Shown piece after piece: positions 28,804 to 39,067 of a stretch of 64,000 nt of DNA. The translations under genes were made by a program, and so were the position numbers. The stretch is from an uncultured Actinomycetes bacterium (GTDB taxonomy: Bacteria; Actinomycetota; Thermoleophilia; UBA2241). Below the pieces are notes generated by a model, which saw nothing but the letters and a program-made list of their open reading frames with translations, was not told the origin of the DNA and searched no databases. The stretch covers positions 192,001-256,000 of the forward strand of contig CAVPVX010000001.1 in assembly GCA_963709345.1 (NCBI GenBank). The letters run 5' to 3'. The stretch's first letter is position 1; every line of letters begins with the position of its first letter.

Positions 28804-30219
28804 TTGCTTCTCAACAGCTACACCTTCCTGCTCGTCTTCCTCCCGGTCGTCGTCCTTCTCTACTGGGCGATGCCGCGCGGCTACCCACGCCTGCTGTTCC
28901 TGATCGCCGCCTCGCTCGTCTTCTACGGGCTCTGGGATTGGCGCTTCATCCCACTGCTGCTTGCGACGACGCTCGTCGACTGGGCGGCAGGTCGGCTTCT
29001 GGCGCAAGACGAGGGCGAGGACGGAGGCGGCAGGAGCGGCCGCCGCCGCAAGCTCATCCTTGCGGCGGCCATCGCCGTCAACCTCGGCTTCCTCGGCTAC
29101 TTCAAGTACCGGGGCTTCTTCGTCGACTCGCTCGACGGCCTCATCCGGCTCCTCGGCGCCGGCGAGCCGCTGCCGGCCCTGCGCGTCCTGCTGCCGATCG
29201 GCATCTCCTTCTACACCTTCGCCGGCATCTCGTACGCCGTCGACGTCTACCGCGGCACGATCAAGCCGGCGGAGAGCGTGGTCCACTACCTCGCCTGGGT
29301 CACGCTGTTCCCTTACATCCTCGCCGGCCCCATCATCCGCTACGGCCACGTCGGCGCCCAGCTTGAACGCGCGCAGCAGCGCTTCCGCTGGGCGCTCATC
29401 GGCACCGGCCTCTTCTTCCTCGTCATGGGCCTCGCCAAGAAGATGCTCGTCGCCGACATGATGGCGCCCTACGTCAACGACCTCTTCGCCCATCACGCCC
29501 AGCTCGGCCTGCTGTCCGGCTGGGGCGCTGCCCTCGGCTTCACGCTGCAGCTCTACTTCGACTTCTCCGGCTACAGCGACATGGCCGTGGGCGTGGCCTT
29601 CATGATCGGGCTCCGCTTCCCCCAGAACTTCGACTCACCCTACAAGGCGGTCAGCGTCAGTGATTTCTGGCGGCGCTGGCACATGACGCTCTCGAGCTGG
29701 CTCCGCGACTACATCTTCATCCCGCTCGGCGGCTCGCGCGGCTCGAAGCTCCTGACCGTCCGGAACCTGCTGATCACCTTCCTGCTCGGCGGCCTCTGGC
29801 ACGGCCCCGCCTGGACCTTCGTGGTCTGGGGTCTCCTCTGGGGCGTCTACCTCTCGGTGCACTCGACCCTGCGCAAGCACGGGCTCACGCCGAGGTGGGT
29901 GTGGCTCAATCGCGGCATCACCTTCCTGTGCGCCGTCGTCGCCTGGGTGTTCTTCCGCGCCTCGTCGCTGCGCGCGGCCGGCGACGTGCTGCAGGCGATG
30001 CTCGGGTTGAACGGGGTGGGCGGCGCGGGCACGCTGCGTCTCGCGCCCGTCCTCGGCGCCTTCATCGCCGGCGGCCTCCTGTGGGTGAACGTCCTGCCCA
30101 ACACCTGGGAGATCACGCCCAGACCCAAGCTGCGCTACGCGCTGCTCCTCGGCATCCTTCTTGCCGCCTCGCTGCTGGCGTTGAGCAAGCCGAGCGCCTT
30201 CCTGTACGTGCAGTTCTGA
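28804..30219 (+). CDS. MBOAT O-acyltransferase (AlgI/DltB-like)
   Basis: LPIGISFYTF, AGPIIR, QLYFDFSGYSDMA, FWRRWHMTLSSWLRDY, GLWHG. Confidence 0.95.
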   Translation: MLLNSYTFLLVFLPVVVLLYWAMPRGYPRLLFLIAASLVFYGLWDWRFIPLLLATTLVDWAAGRLLAQDEGEDGGGRSGRRRKLILAAAIAVNLGFLGYFKYRGFFVDSLDGLIRLLGAGEPLPALRVLLPIGISFYTFAGISYAVDVYRGTIKPAESVVHYLAWVTLFPYILAGPIIRYGHVGAQLERAQQRFRWALIGTGLFFLVMGLAKKMLVADMMAPYVNDLFAHHAQLGLLSGWGAALGFTLQLYFDFSGYSDMAVGVAFMIGLRFPQNFDSPYKAVSVSDFWRRWHMTLSSWLRDYIFIPLGGSRGSKLLTVRNLLITFLLGGLWHGPAWTFVVWGLLWGVYLSVHSTLRKHGLTPRWVWLNRGITFLCAVVAWVFFRASSLRAAGDVLQAMLGLNGVGGAGTLRLAPVLGAFIAGGLLWVNVLPNTWEITPRPKLRYALLLGILLAASLLALSKPSAFLYVQF

Positions 30220-30301
30220 GCGACGGGTGCGGCTCGTGGATGGACGCGCCGACGACGGGACGGGCCGGCATCGCTGCGCGCGAGCCGCTCCCGGGAGGGC
30301 G

Positions 30302-31279
30302 TCAGAGAGAGAGGCTGAGGGCGGTGTCGCGCAGCGCCCAGCGCCGAAGCTCAAGATTCTTCGGCAACTTCACCCAGAAGGCGAAGGCCTGCTCGTCACC
30401 GACGAGACCGGAGACGCCGTTCTGCGTGACCTCGATCCAGCCCTGCCAGCGGCCGGCGAGGTCGAGCGGCCAGGCCGACGACACCTGCAGCTCCTGGCCG
30501 GGCTGAAGCGTCAGCGGCTGGTCCGAGACGAGGTCGTGGTCGGTGCCGCCGGGCCCGCGAATGGCGAGCCGGATGCCCTCCAGGTCGAGAGGCGCGTGTC
30601 CGCTGTTCACGAGCGTGAACCAGGCGTAGATGCGCTGGCCGACCTCGCGGTCGCCGCTGTCGAGCTTGACGGAGCCGTCCAGGGCGACGAGCCCGGGCAG
30701 ACTCGAGGGCGGCTCGGAGGGCGCAACGGTCGCGGCGCCGGCGCCGAGGCGCGTGTCCGCAGGGTCGCCGCCGAGTTCCGCCATGAAGGCCTTGACGTTG
30801 GCGACCCAGTTCGCGGTGCCGTCCGGGCAGTACTTCGGAGCGATCGCGTCGACGGAGTACAGGCCGGAACCGTAGTAGAGGCTCCCGGCCAGACCGGCGG
30901 CGACGCGCTCGATGCCGTGCTCCCACGACGTGAAGTCGCTGGTCGGCCACGTGGGTCCGTAGAACCAGTTGAAGGCGTTGTACGTGCACTGGTCGCCGTT
31001 CTCCGAGTACAGGTACAGGCCGAAGCTCGACTCGGCGCCGGCTATGGCTACCAGGAACGCGGGCGCGACACCATTGGCCTCGCCCGCGGCCACGAAGGTG
31101 GCGCCGCTGCCGGCCATCGGCGAGCCGTGCGCCGTGAGAAAGGCGTCGATCTGCGCGGCGTCGGGGGACGCCGCGGCCGCCGGCGCGAACGCGCCGGCCA
31201 GGGCGGCGGCCAGCAGCGCGACGAGCAGCGCCGCGAAGAAGACGCGGGAGCGGATGCTTGGTGCTGTGGTGACGATCAC
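30302..31279 (-). CDS. Secreted lysozyme/glucosaminidase-like protein with C-terminal Ig-like domain
   Basis: Signal peptide; IDAFL..GSPM..G..FV..G...GV.P.FLVAIAGAESSFG, NAFNW, IAPKYCP. Start is uncertain. Confidence 0.65.
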   Translation of the reverse strand: MIVTTAPSIRSRVFFAALLVALLAAALAGAFAPAAAASPDAAQIDAFLTAHGSPMAGSGATFVAAGEANGVAPAFLVAIAGAESSFGLYLYSENGDQCTYNAFNWFYGPTWPTSDFTSWEHGIERVAAGLAGSLYYGSGLYSVDAIAPKYCPDGTANWVANVKAFMAELGGDPADTRLGAGAATVAPSEPPSSLPGLVALDGSVKLDSGDREVGQRIYAWFTLVNSGHAPLDLEGIRLAIRGPGGTDHDLVSDQPLTLQPGQELQVSSAWPLDLAGRWQGWIEVTQNGVSGLVGDEQAFAFWVKLPKNLELRRWALRDTALSLSL

Positions 31280-31454
31280 CGGCGCGGGCCTTTCTCTGCG
31301 AGTGCGGACTCCGAGTATAGACGAGTCGGGTGCGGCAGCCGACCCGAGCCCCGTTCGAGAGACGCCGGGCGGGCGGGCGCGGTTCGTGGTCCCGACCCCG
31401 TTGGCCCGGCGGCCGACGGACCATGAACGGGTCGCGACCAGATAGGATGACGCC

Positions 31455-32588
31455 ATGACCGCAGCGACCGACGACAGACGCGATTACCACGCCTGCGACG
31501 ACCGGTTCCCGGGCGCGCAGGTCATACGGCTCGCCCGCCGGGCTATCGAACGCGCACGCCTGGACCTCACGGGTCTGCGCGTGCTCACGGAGGCGTCCGT
31601 GGGCTACCGGCGCGTGACTCCCGTCATCGCCGCGCTCGCCGGGGCGGACGCCGTCTTCGCCGTCGGCCGCGACGGCGTGCAGGCGTCGCGCAAGCAGGCG
31701 GAGGAACAGACCGCCTATCTCGCGGCGCTGGCTCGGGTGGACGACCGCATCATGCTGCTCTCCACCCGCCTGCAGGCGCCGCTCGACACCATCGACGTGG
31801 TGACCGACCTGCCCGGCGTGCGCCCCGTCGACGAGTCGATCCTGCGTACCGTCGCCGAGTCCGCCGCCGTCACGCTGATGCGCGGCACGGCGCACTGGAG
31901 CGCTGCGAACGTCGATGTCGCGACCTGCCGGCGACGGGGCATCGCCGTCGCGGGCGTCGACGAAGAGGCGGTCGGCCTGTACCGCTACCTGCCGCTTGAG
32001 ATCCTCGCCGGGCTGCTCGACCTCGGAGTCGAGGTCGCCGGCTCGACGCTGGTCGTAGCCGGCGCCGGCGCCGGCTACGCCTACGTCGTGCAGGCGCTCG
32101 GCCGGCTCGGGGCGCGCGTGCTCGTGGCCGCGCCGGACACGGCCGGCCGCATCGGGCTCTACGGCGGCGAGCGCATCGGCGAGACGCTCGGCGACGAGTC
32201 CGTCGTCGGCCGCCTCGCCGAAGCGGACGCGCTCGTGCTGTGCCCGGGTCCGGGCGGCGAGCGCTGGGTGGGGCCCGGCGCCGTCGTGGACGCGGCCCGC
32301 CTGGCGGCCGCCGCGCCGCACCTCGCCGTAGCCGGCTTCAGAGCCGAGGCGGACCTGCGCACCCTCGCGACGGCCGGCCTGCACTGCCGGCCGGCCGGCG
32401 ACACCCGCGATCTCTTCGACCTGCTGCCGCAGCCGCTCGTCGCCCTGCACGCCGCGGGGCTGAAGGTCGGTGAGGTCATGGCGCGTGCCCGGCGCCGCGG
32501 TTCGTCCCCGCTCGCGGCGGAGCAACTGGCAGCCGCCGACGCGCACGCCGAACTGCTTCCCCAGGACCTCGGCGGCCGGCGCCGGTGA
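31455..32588 (+). CDS. Hypothetical protein with Rossmann/dehydrogenase-like features
   Basis: LDLTGLRVLTEAS, RPVDE, NVDVATCRRRGIAVAG, VVAGAGAG; leaderless TAGGAT promoter. Confidence 0.6.
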   Translation: MTAATDDRRDYHACDDRFPGAQVIRLARRAIERARLDLTGLRVLTEASVGYRRVTPVIAALAGADAVFAVGRDGVQASRKQAEEQTAYLAALARVDDRIMLLSTRLQAPLDTIDVVTDLPGVRPVDESILRTVAESAAVTLMRGTAHWSAANVDVATCRRRGIAVAGVDEEAVGLYRYLPLEILAGLLDLGVEVAGSTLVVAGAGAGYAYVVQALGRLGARVLVAAPDTAGRIGLYGGERIGETLGDESVVGRLAEADALVLCPGPGGERWVGPGAVVDAARLAAAAPHLAVAGFRAEADLRTLATAGLHCRPAGDTRDLFDLLPQPLVALHAAGLKVGEVMARARRRGSSPLAAEQLAAADAHAELLPQDLGGRRR

Positions 32589-32694
32589 TAAACTAGCCTC
32601 CCGACGACGGCGACCGGCGGCCGGCGGCCGTCCCCGCAGCCGGCCGATCCCACCAGCTCCCGGAGGCACCACGAACCCGCTCGCCAAGCTCCGC

Positions 32695-34413
32695 ATGGGT
32701 AAGCGCAAGAAGGCCGGCAGCCACGGCTACTCGCTGCTGCTCAAGGATTCGGTGATCTACGGCGCCGGGCGCGCGCTGCAGAAGTTCCTCGTCGCACTCC
32801 TGCTTCCCCTCTACACCGCCTTCCTCACCCAGGCGGACTACGGCATCCTCGGCATGGTCGTCACGGTCACGACCTTGCTCGACGTCTTCGTCACGCTGGG
32901 CTTCGACGTCGCCTTCAGCCGCTTCTACTTCGACGACAAGGGCGAGGCGGCGCGCCGGCGCGTCATCACCAACGTCTTCTACGTGTCCACCGTCTACCCG
33001 CTGATCCTCCTCGGGACGGTGGGAGTACTCATGCCGCGACTCGCGCCGCTCCTGCTCGGCAAGGAGTACGACACCGGCGACTGGCGCTACTTCGCCGTAG
33101 CGCTCGCGACGCTCTTCTTCAGCAACCTCAACGACCTGCCCTTCACGCTGTTCCGCCTCGAGCACCGGCCGTGGATCTTCTCCGCGTACACGATCGGCCG
33201 GGTACTGGTCCAGGTACCCCTCTCCATCGTCTTCGTCGCCGTCTTCGACTGGGGGCCCATGGGCGTGCTGCTCGCCAACCTCTTCACCGCCGCCGGCATG
33301 CAGTGCGGTCTGTTACCCACCTACATCCGCAAGGTCGACTGGCGCTGGCACTGGCAACTCATGAGGCCGATGCTGGCGTTCGCCGTCCCGGCGCTGTTCA
33401 CCGGCGTCTCGTTCTACTGGCTCAAGCTGTCGGACCGCTACTTCCTGCTCCACTACCAGGGCAAAGCGGTCGTCGGCCTCTACACGGTCGCGTACTCGCT
33501 CAGCCAGCCGCTGTACCTCACGCTGATGGCGTTCCGCATGGCGTGGCCGCAGTGGCACTACGCCAAGCTGCACGAGCCCGAGAGGCACAAACGGATGGTC
33601 GCGCGCTCGTCGACGTACTTCCTCGCCCTGAACGCCCTCCTGCTCGTGCTGATAGGCGCCTTCATGCCGCTCATCGTCCACACCTTCCTCAACGAGCGCT
33701 TCTGGAGCATCGGCCCTACGACCGTCGTGCTCTCCCTCTCGGTGGTCGTGTACGCCGTCTACTTCGTCTTCTGGGTCGGCTCCAACGTCGCCAAGAAGAA
33801 CCGCATGATCCCGGTCTTCTTCCTGATAGCCTCGGGGGTGAACATCGGTCTCAACTTCCTCCTGGTGCCGCGGTACGGCATGTACGCGGCGGCATGGACC
33901 CACGTGGCGGGCTTCGCGATCCTGGCGGTGACCGTCTACTTCTACTCGGAGAAGTGGTACCCGATCCCCTACGAGTGGCGGCGGCTCCTCAAGATCGTCC
34001 TCGCGACCGTGCTGACCCTGGCCGCGGCCTGGGGCATCGCGCGGGCCTTCGGCCAGAGCGTGTACATGCCCTACGACGAGCTGGTCGTGAGCTCGCTGGC
34101 GCAGGTCCCGGCCCTTCTCGTGTTCCCGCTCGCGCTCCTCGCCACGGGGTTCTTCACACCGGGCGAGCGTGACAAGCTGCGCCGCGCGTTCGGGCGGCTG
34201 TCCGGGCGGCGAAGCGTGCCCGCGCCTGCGGAGGACGCGGCCGTGCCGGCCGCCGCGGCGGCGGCGCTCCCGGCCGCGGCGGGCGGCGAAGAAGTCGACC
34301 GCAGCTCGCGCCTCAGCGCCGACGACATCGAGGCCGAGGAAGAAGAGCTCGAGATGGAGAAGGCAGCCGACATCGACCTCATCGAAGGCCCCACCACGAC
34401 CACCATCACCTGA
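32695..34413 (+). CDS. wzx: Polysaccharide flippase (Wzx family) with acidic tail
   Basis: DSVIYGAG..LLLPLYTAFLTQADYG, SDRYFL..VGLYTVAY, LNFLLVPRYGMYAAAW. Confidence 0.88.
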   Translation: MGKRKKAGSHGYSLLLKDSVIYGAGRALQKFLVALLLPLYTAFLTQADYGILGMVVTVTTLLDVFVTLGFDVAFSRFYFDDKGEAARRRVITNVFYVSTVYPLILLGTVGVLMPRLAPLLLGKEYDTGDWRYFAVALATLFFSNLNDLPFTLFRLEHRPWIFSAYTIGRVLVQVPLSIVFVAVFDWGPMGVLLANLFTAAGMQCGLLPTYIRKVDWRWHWQLMRPMLAFAVPALFTGVSFYWLKLSDRYFLLHYQGKAVVGLYTVAYSLSQPLYLTLMAFRMAWPQWHYAKLHEPERHKRMVARSSTYFLALNALLLVLIGAFMPLIVHTFLNERFWSIGPTTVVLSLSVVVYAVYFVFWVGSNVAKKNRMIPVFFLIASGVNIGLNFLLVPRYGMYAAAWTHVAGFAILAVTVYFYSEKWYPIPYEWRRLLKIVLATVLTLAAAWGIARAFGQSVYMPYDELVVSSLAQVPALLVFPLALLATGFFTPGERDKLRRAFGRLSGRRSVPAPAEDAAVPAAAAAALPAAAGGEEVDRSSRLSADDIEAEEEELEMEKAADIDLIEGPTTTTIT

Positions 34414-34431
34414 CGCAAGGATGGCCGCCGC

Positions 34432-35670
34432 ATGACCCCCCGCACAGCGAAGAAGCTGCTCGTGATCGCAAATCCGTACCCGCCGATGGCGAGCGCCGGT
34501 ACGACGCGGGTCGTCCGCTTTCTGCGGCACCTGCCGGAGCACGGCTGGGAGCCGGCCGTGCTCACGGCGAAGGCCGAAGGCCCGGCGGCACTCCCGCCGG
34601 GGGTGCGCGTCGCGCGCGCGACCGTACCGTGGCCGCGCCGGTTGCTCGGCGGCGGCCCGCGCAGCACGAAGGTGAACGGCTGGGTCGCGGTTCCCGACCC
34701 GTACTTCGCCTGGGTCGGGCCGGCCGTGCTCAAGGGCCGCGAGATCTTCAAGCGCGAGCGCTTCGACGCCATCTTCAGCAGCTCGCCGCGGGCGAGCGTG
34801 CACCTCGTCGCCGCAGTCCTCTCCGAGCACGCCGACGTACCGTGGCTGGCCGACTACCGCGACCCGTGGTCGACCTACCAGTTCAGAAAGTACCCGACCG
34901 GCGCGCACAAGAACGCCCACGCCCGACTCGAGTCGTGGGCCCTGGAACGCGCCGCCGCCGTGACCGCCGTGAACCGGCCGATCGTCGACGACCTCGTCGC
35001 GCGGCATCCCTGGCTGGACGGCCGCACGCACGTGCTCCCCAACGGGTTCGACCGCGCAGAGGTGCCGGCGGACGTATCGCTCGGCGAAGGCTTCTGGATC
35101 GTGCACACCGGCCGGCTCTACGGACGCGAGCAGCAGGTGAGCGCCTTCCTCACCGCCCTCGCCGGCCTGCCGCCCGACGTCAAGGCGCTGTTCGTCGGCG
35201 TCGACGAGACCCGCATACGCCCGGACGCCGAGCGACTGGGGCTCGGCGACCGCGTCCGCGTCGAACCACTCGTGCCTCTCGACGAGGCGCTCGGCTACCA
35301 GCGGGCGGCCGACGCGCTGCTGCTCGTGAACGGACGCCGGCCGGAGAGCATGTCCAGCAAGGTCTTCGAGTACCTGCAGGCCGGCCGGCCGATCTTCGCC
35401 ATCTCGCCGGCCGGCTCGGCCGCACGGGGGCTCTTCGAGGAGGTCGGCGGCGGCACCTGCGTGCTGCCAGACGACCCGATGGGCGAGCCCCTCGCGGCCT
35501 TCGTCGCCGAATCTCGCGCCGGCGCGGTGGCACGCGCGGAGCCGGCGGCCCTCGAGCGCTACGAGCTGGGCCGCCTCACCAGCGACCTGGCCGCGATCCT
35601 CGACGGCCTTGCAGTGCCGCTCGCGAGCACCGGGCAGGTGGGCGGGGGCGCTGGTACCATGGACGAATGA
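34432..35670 (+). CDS. Glycosyltransferase, GT4-like
   Basis: YPPMASAGTTR, ADYRDPW, PNGFD, SKVFEYLQAGRPI. Confidence 0.9.
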   Translation: MTPRTAKKLLVIANPYPPMASAGTTRVVRFLRHLPEHGWEPAVLTAKAEGPAALPPGVRVARATVPWPRRLLGGGPRSTKVNGWVAVPDPYFAWVGPAVLKGREIFKRERFDAIFSSSPRASVHLVAAVLSEHADVPWLADYRDPWSTYQFRKYPTGAHKNAHARLESWALERAAAVTAVNRPIVDDLVARHPWLDGRTHVLPNGFDRAEVPADVSLGEGFWIVHTGRLYGREQQVSAFLTALAGLPPDVKALFVGVDETRIRPDAERLGLGDRVRVEPLVPLDEALGYQRAADALLLVNGRRPESMSSKVFEYLQAGRPIFAISPAGSAARGLFEEVGGGTCVLPDDPMGEPLAAFVAESRAGAVARAEPAALERYELGRLTSDLAAILDGLAVPLASTGQVGGGAGTMDE

Positions 35671-37271
35671 GCGGCGGCCCCTCAACGGACGTACACGCCG
35701 GCCCCGTTTCCGGGGCCGCCCCACGGCGGCGACTCGGCCGCGGCGACGCGGCGCTGCTCACCGGCGGCGCCGTACTGACCGCGCTTCTCGCCGCCGCGGC
35801 CACGCTGCGCCCCGGCGCCGTCGTCGGGGTCCTCGTCGTGCTGTCCTTCGCAGCGCTGGTACTGCTCGGCCGCGAGCGCATGGCACGCACGCGTGTCGGC
35901 GCCGTGCTCACGGCCCTGCTCGTCTCGCTGCCGCTGCTCGCCCTGCTCGGCCCGTCGTTCGCGGCGTCGGCCTTCCCCCAAGCTTTCCTCTTCCGCGTCG
36001 TGCTCGCGCTTGTCGTGTATGCCGGCATGTGCTTCGTGATCGTTCTGCGCGACCCCCTGCCGTTCGCTGCCAAGGATCTGGCGCTGCCGGCCGCGCTCTG
36101 GTTCGCCTGGCTGCTGCTGAGCGTCACCTGGGCGCCGGATAAGCTCGTCGCCTTCAACTACGTCGCCATCGTCGTGACCATGGCGGCGGTCCTCGCGGCG
36201 ACGGCGGCGGCCGGGGGTACCCGCCTTCGCCTGCGCTGGTTCGGCTACTCCATGATCGTCGGGTACGCGTTCATCGTCGGCTTCACACTCCTCGAATCGC
36301 GCTTCGGCATCAGGCTTCCAACGTCGCGGCTGCTCACCACGGTGACGTCGCAGACGTTCGCCGTCACCAGCGTCTTCCACAATCAGAACGACCTCGCCAC
36401 CTACCTGGCCATCTGCTGGCCGTTCATGCTCTGCGCCTGCTTCTTCACCAGGCGCGCCGCCTGGCTCGCGCTCACCACGGTCTTCATCCTGCTCGGCGGC
36501 TACGCCTTCGTGCGCACCGGATCACGCTCCAGCCTGATGGCGGCGGGCATCTCGTCGCTCTCGGCCGTCGTCCTCTTCTGGCACCTCGGTCCCCGCCTTT
36601 CCACACGCGCCGGCAAGCTCGCTGTGGGCGTCGTCATCGCGCTCCTCGTCGTCGTCGGCGGGTGGCTCCTCTTCAACGACTCCCAGAACGTCATGCTGCG
36701 GCAGTTCCGCCTCGAGGCGCTGATCAGCCAGGCGCAGTCGAACACCGGCTCCGGCGCCATCCGTGCCAGCCTCACCGACCGAGGCCTGCAGATCGCCGGC
36801 GCCAGCTACCTGCGCGGCGCCGGCGCCGGTCAGGCCGAGGGGATCATCGCGTCGGGCATCGACGCGCTCGGCATCTCGAACCTGCACAACTGGTGGCTCG
36901 AGACATACGCTGACGGAGGCCTCGTGGGCTTCGCCCTGCATCTCGGCTTCTTCATCCTCCTCGTGCTTGCTCTCTGGCCCGTCGCGCGCCGCGACCCCGA
37001 CCCCTTCGTGCGCTACCTGGCCGGCGGAACGGTGCTCGCCCTGCTCGGCTTCACGATCGGCGCCGTCGGGCCGAGCAGCTCCGTGGGCTTCGCGCCCATG
37101 TGGATCCTGTACGGCCTGGGACTTGCCGTCGTTTCGCGAGCGCGGCTGGGTGCGCGGGAGCGAGCGCAGAGCCTGAAACCCGCGGATGGCCCGGAGGCGG
37201 CGGACGCAGCCGGGTCGGCGATGCCAGATACGGCCACGACCACAACCACGACGACCACGAGGCTTCCATGA
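35667..37271 (+). CDS. O-antigen ligase/polymerase (Wzy_C, TuaE-like)
   Basis: Many TM segments; SVFHNQNDLATYL, TGSRSS, GAGAG, LHNWWLE. Confidence 0.8.
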   Translation: MSGGPSTDVHAGPVSGAAPRRRLGRGDAALLTGGAVLTALLAAAATLRPGAVVGVLVVLSFAALVLLGRERMARTRVGAVLTALLVSLPLLALLGPSFAASAFPQAFLFRVVLALVVYAGMCFVIVLRDPLPFAAKDLALPAALWFAWLLLSVTWAPDKLVAFNYVAIVVTMAAVLAATAAAGGTRLRLRWFGYSMIVGYAFIVGFTLLESRFGIRLPTSRLLTTVTSQTFAVTSVFHNQNDLATYLAICWPFMLCACFFTRRAAWLALTTVFILLGGYAFVRTGSRSSLMAAGISSLSAVVLFWHLGPRLSTRAGKLAVGVVIALLVVVGGWLLFNDSQNVMLRQFRLEALISQAQSNTGSGAIRASLTDRGLQIAGASYLRGAGAGQAEGIIASGIDALGISNLHNWWLETYADGGLVGFALHLGFFILLVLALWPVARRDPDPFVRYLAGGTVLALLGFTIGAVGPSSSVGFAPMWILYGLGLAVVSRARLGARERAQSLKPADGPEAADAAGSAMPDTATTTTTTTTRLP

Positions 37272-38305
37272 CCCTGCCCCCGCTGAAGATCGTCCTCACC
37301 GCCGCCGGCTGCCCGGGCGCCAGCACGCTGATCCGCATGCTCAAGGCGAACGGCGAGCGCGAGATCGCCATCCACGGAGTCGACATGCGACCGGACGCCA
37401 TCGGGCGCTTCTTGTGCGACGGCTTCAGCCTGGTGCCATCCGGGACCGCGCCCGACTACGTCCCGGCCCTGCTCGAAGTCGTCGGGCGCGAGCGACCGGA
37501 CGTCCTCCTGGTGCAGTCATCCGGCGAGGTGGAGGCGGTCGCGCGCTCCCGCCTGTCGTTCACGGACCTGGGTGCGGCCGTTCTCGTCGCCGGTCCCGAA
37601 GCCATCGCGGTCTGCAACGACAAGGCCGCGATGCACGCGGCGCTTCGGGGCACGCCCGTCGTGCAGCCCCGCGCGCTGACGCCGGCGAGCATCGAGGAGT
37701 TCGTCGCGGGCGCTCACGAGCTCGGCTACCCGGACGCGCCGGTGTGCTTCAAGCCCCCGGTCGCGAAGGGCTCGCGCGGCTTCCACATCGTCGCCGCAGG
37801 CGGCCGCGCCGGTCTGCTCGAGCAGCGCGGCTGGGCGGCCGTGCTCACGCTCGAGGAGGCCGCCGCGGCGCTGCGCCACGGCGGCGCCTTCCCACGGCTC
37901 CTACTCATGGAGTACGTCGATGCCCCGGAGTTCGTCGTCGACGCGCTGGTCGACGACGGTGAGATCGTGCTCTACCAGGCCAAAACGCGCGAGGCCGTGA
38001 AAGCCGGCCTCGCGATGTCCTTCCGCACCGTCGAGAGTCCGGAGCTCGTCGCCGCCTCGCGCCACCTCTGCCGCGCCCTCAGCCTGGACAAGTTCGTCAG
38101 CATCCAGTTCATTGGCGACCGGCTCCTCGAGGTGAATCCCAGGGTCTCCACGTTCGTCTACCAGGAGGACTTCATCCTGCCGTACCTTGGGATCAAGTAC
38201 GCCCTGGGCGAGCTGGACGCCGAAGGCGTGGCGCTCGCCCAGTCGCGCGTGCGCACCTCACGCCACTCGATACGCTACTACGACCAGGTGTTCTGGGACG
38301 AGTGA
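37268..38305 (+). CDS. ATP-grasp domain protein (carbamoyl-phosphate-synthase-like)
   Basis: LTAAGCPGA, CNDK, FKPPVAKGSRGF, MEYV, LEVNPRVS. Confidence 0.85.
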   Translation: MTLPPLKIVLTAAGCPGASTLIRMLKANGEREIAIHGVDMRPDAIGRFLCDGFSLVPSGTAPDYVPALLEVVGRERPDVLLVQSSGEVEAVARSRLSFTDLGAAVLVAGPEAIAVCNDKAAMHAALRGTPVVQPRALTPASIEEFVAGAHELGYPDAPVCFKPPVAKGSRGFHIVAAGGRAGLLEQRGWAAVLTLEEAAAALRHGGAFPRLLLMEYVDAPEFVVDALVDDGEIVLYQAKTREAVKAGLAMSFRTVESPELVAASRHLCRALSLDKFVSIQFIGDRLLEVNPRVSTFVYQEDFILPYLGIKYALGELDAEGVALAQSRVRTSRHSIRYYDQVFWDE

Positions 38306-38368
38306 CGGGCGGCGGCGGGCCGCGGTCGCCGCCACGGACGCGGTGCTATACTGCCCGTTCACCAGCTC

Positions 38369-39067
38369 GTGCACGCGCGCGTGCGCGGTTTCGGCAACGT
38401 CAAGGAGGCGCGCATCGTGAACTGGGACGACTACGAGCACCACGCCCCAAGCGGCTCCTGGATCGCCAAAGACTTCCGCCACGGAAGCGACTTCGAGCAC
38501 GGGCTGCAGTGCATCATCGACCCCGATGTCGTCGTCGGCGACGACGTGCGTCTGGGTCACCGGGTGCACCTCGCCTCCGGCACCCGCGTCCTCGACGACG
38601 TCGAGATCGCCGACGACTGCGTGACCACGGGCATCTCTCTGCTGGGCAACCACGTCCGCGTGCGCACCGGCAGTTGCATCTCCAAAGCCGTCATCGTCGA
38701 CGACTGGTGCTTCATCGCCGCCGGCATCATGAGCTCGCACACCAAGAACATCGACCACGCGCGTCCCCGGGCGTCGAAGCGCCAGCTCATCACGCGTTTC
38801 GGGTACGGCTCCATCATCGGTAGCCGCACGAACATCAGCGCCGGCGTCAGCGTCGCCTCCGGGGCGATCGTCGGCTACGGCTCGCAGGTCGTCGTCGACC
38901 TCGAGGTCGCCAATGGCGTGTACTACAACGACCCACACCCGTGGGCCACGCTGCAGCGCGAACTCGCCCCTGACAACCCGTACTACATCGAGGTCGCGGC
39001 AGGGTACGTGCCGCACGAGTTCGACGCAGAACTCCTCGGCAGGTACCTGCCGCACTACCGCCCGTGA
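38369..39067 (+). CDS. Hexapeptide-repeat acyltransferase
   Basis: VVVGDDVRLG, VEIADD, IIGSRTNI repeats. Confidence 0.75.
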   Translation: MHARVRGFGNVKEARIVNWDDYEHHAPSGSWIAKDFRHGSDFEHGLQCIIDPDVVVGDDVRLGHRVHLASGTRVLDDVEIADDCVTTGISLLGNHVRVRTGSCISKAVIVDDWCFIAAGIMSSHTKNIDHARPRASKRQLITRFGYGSIIGSRTNISAGVSVASGAIVGYGSQVVVDLEVANGVYYNDPHPWATLQRELAPDNPYYIEVAAGYVPHEFDAELLGRYLPHYRP

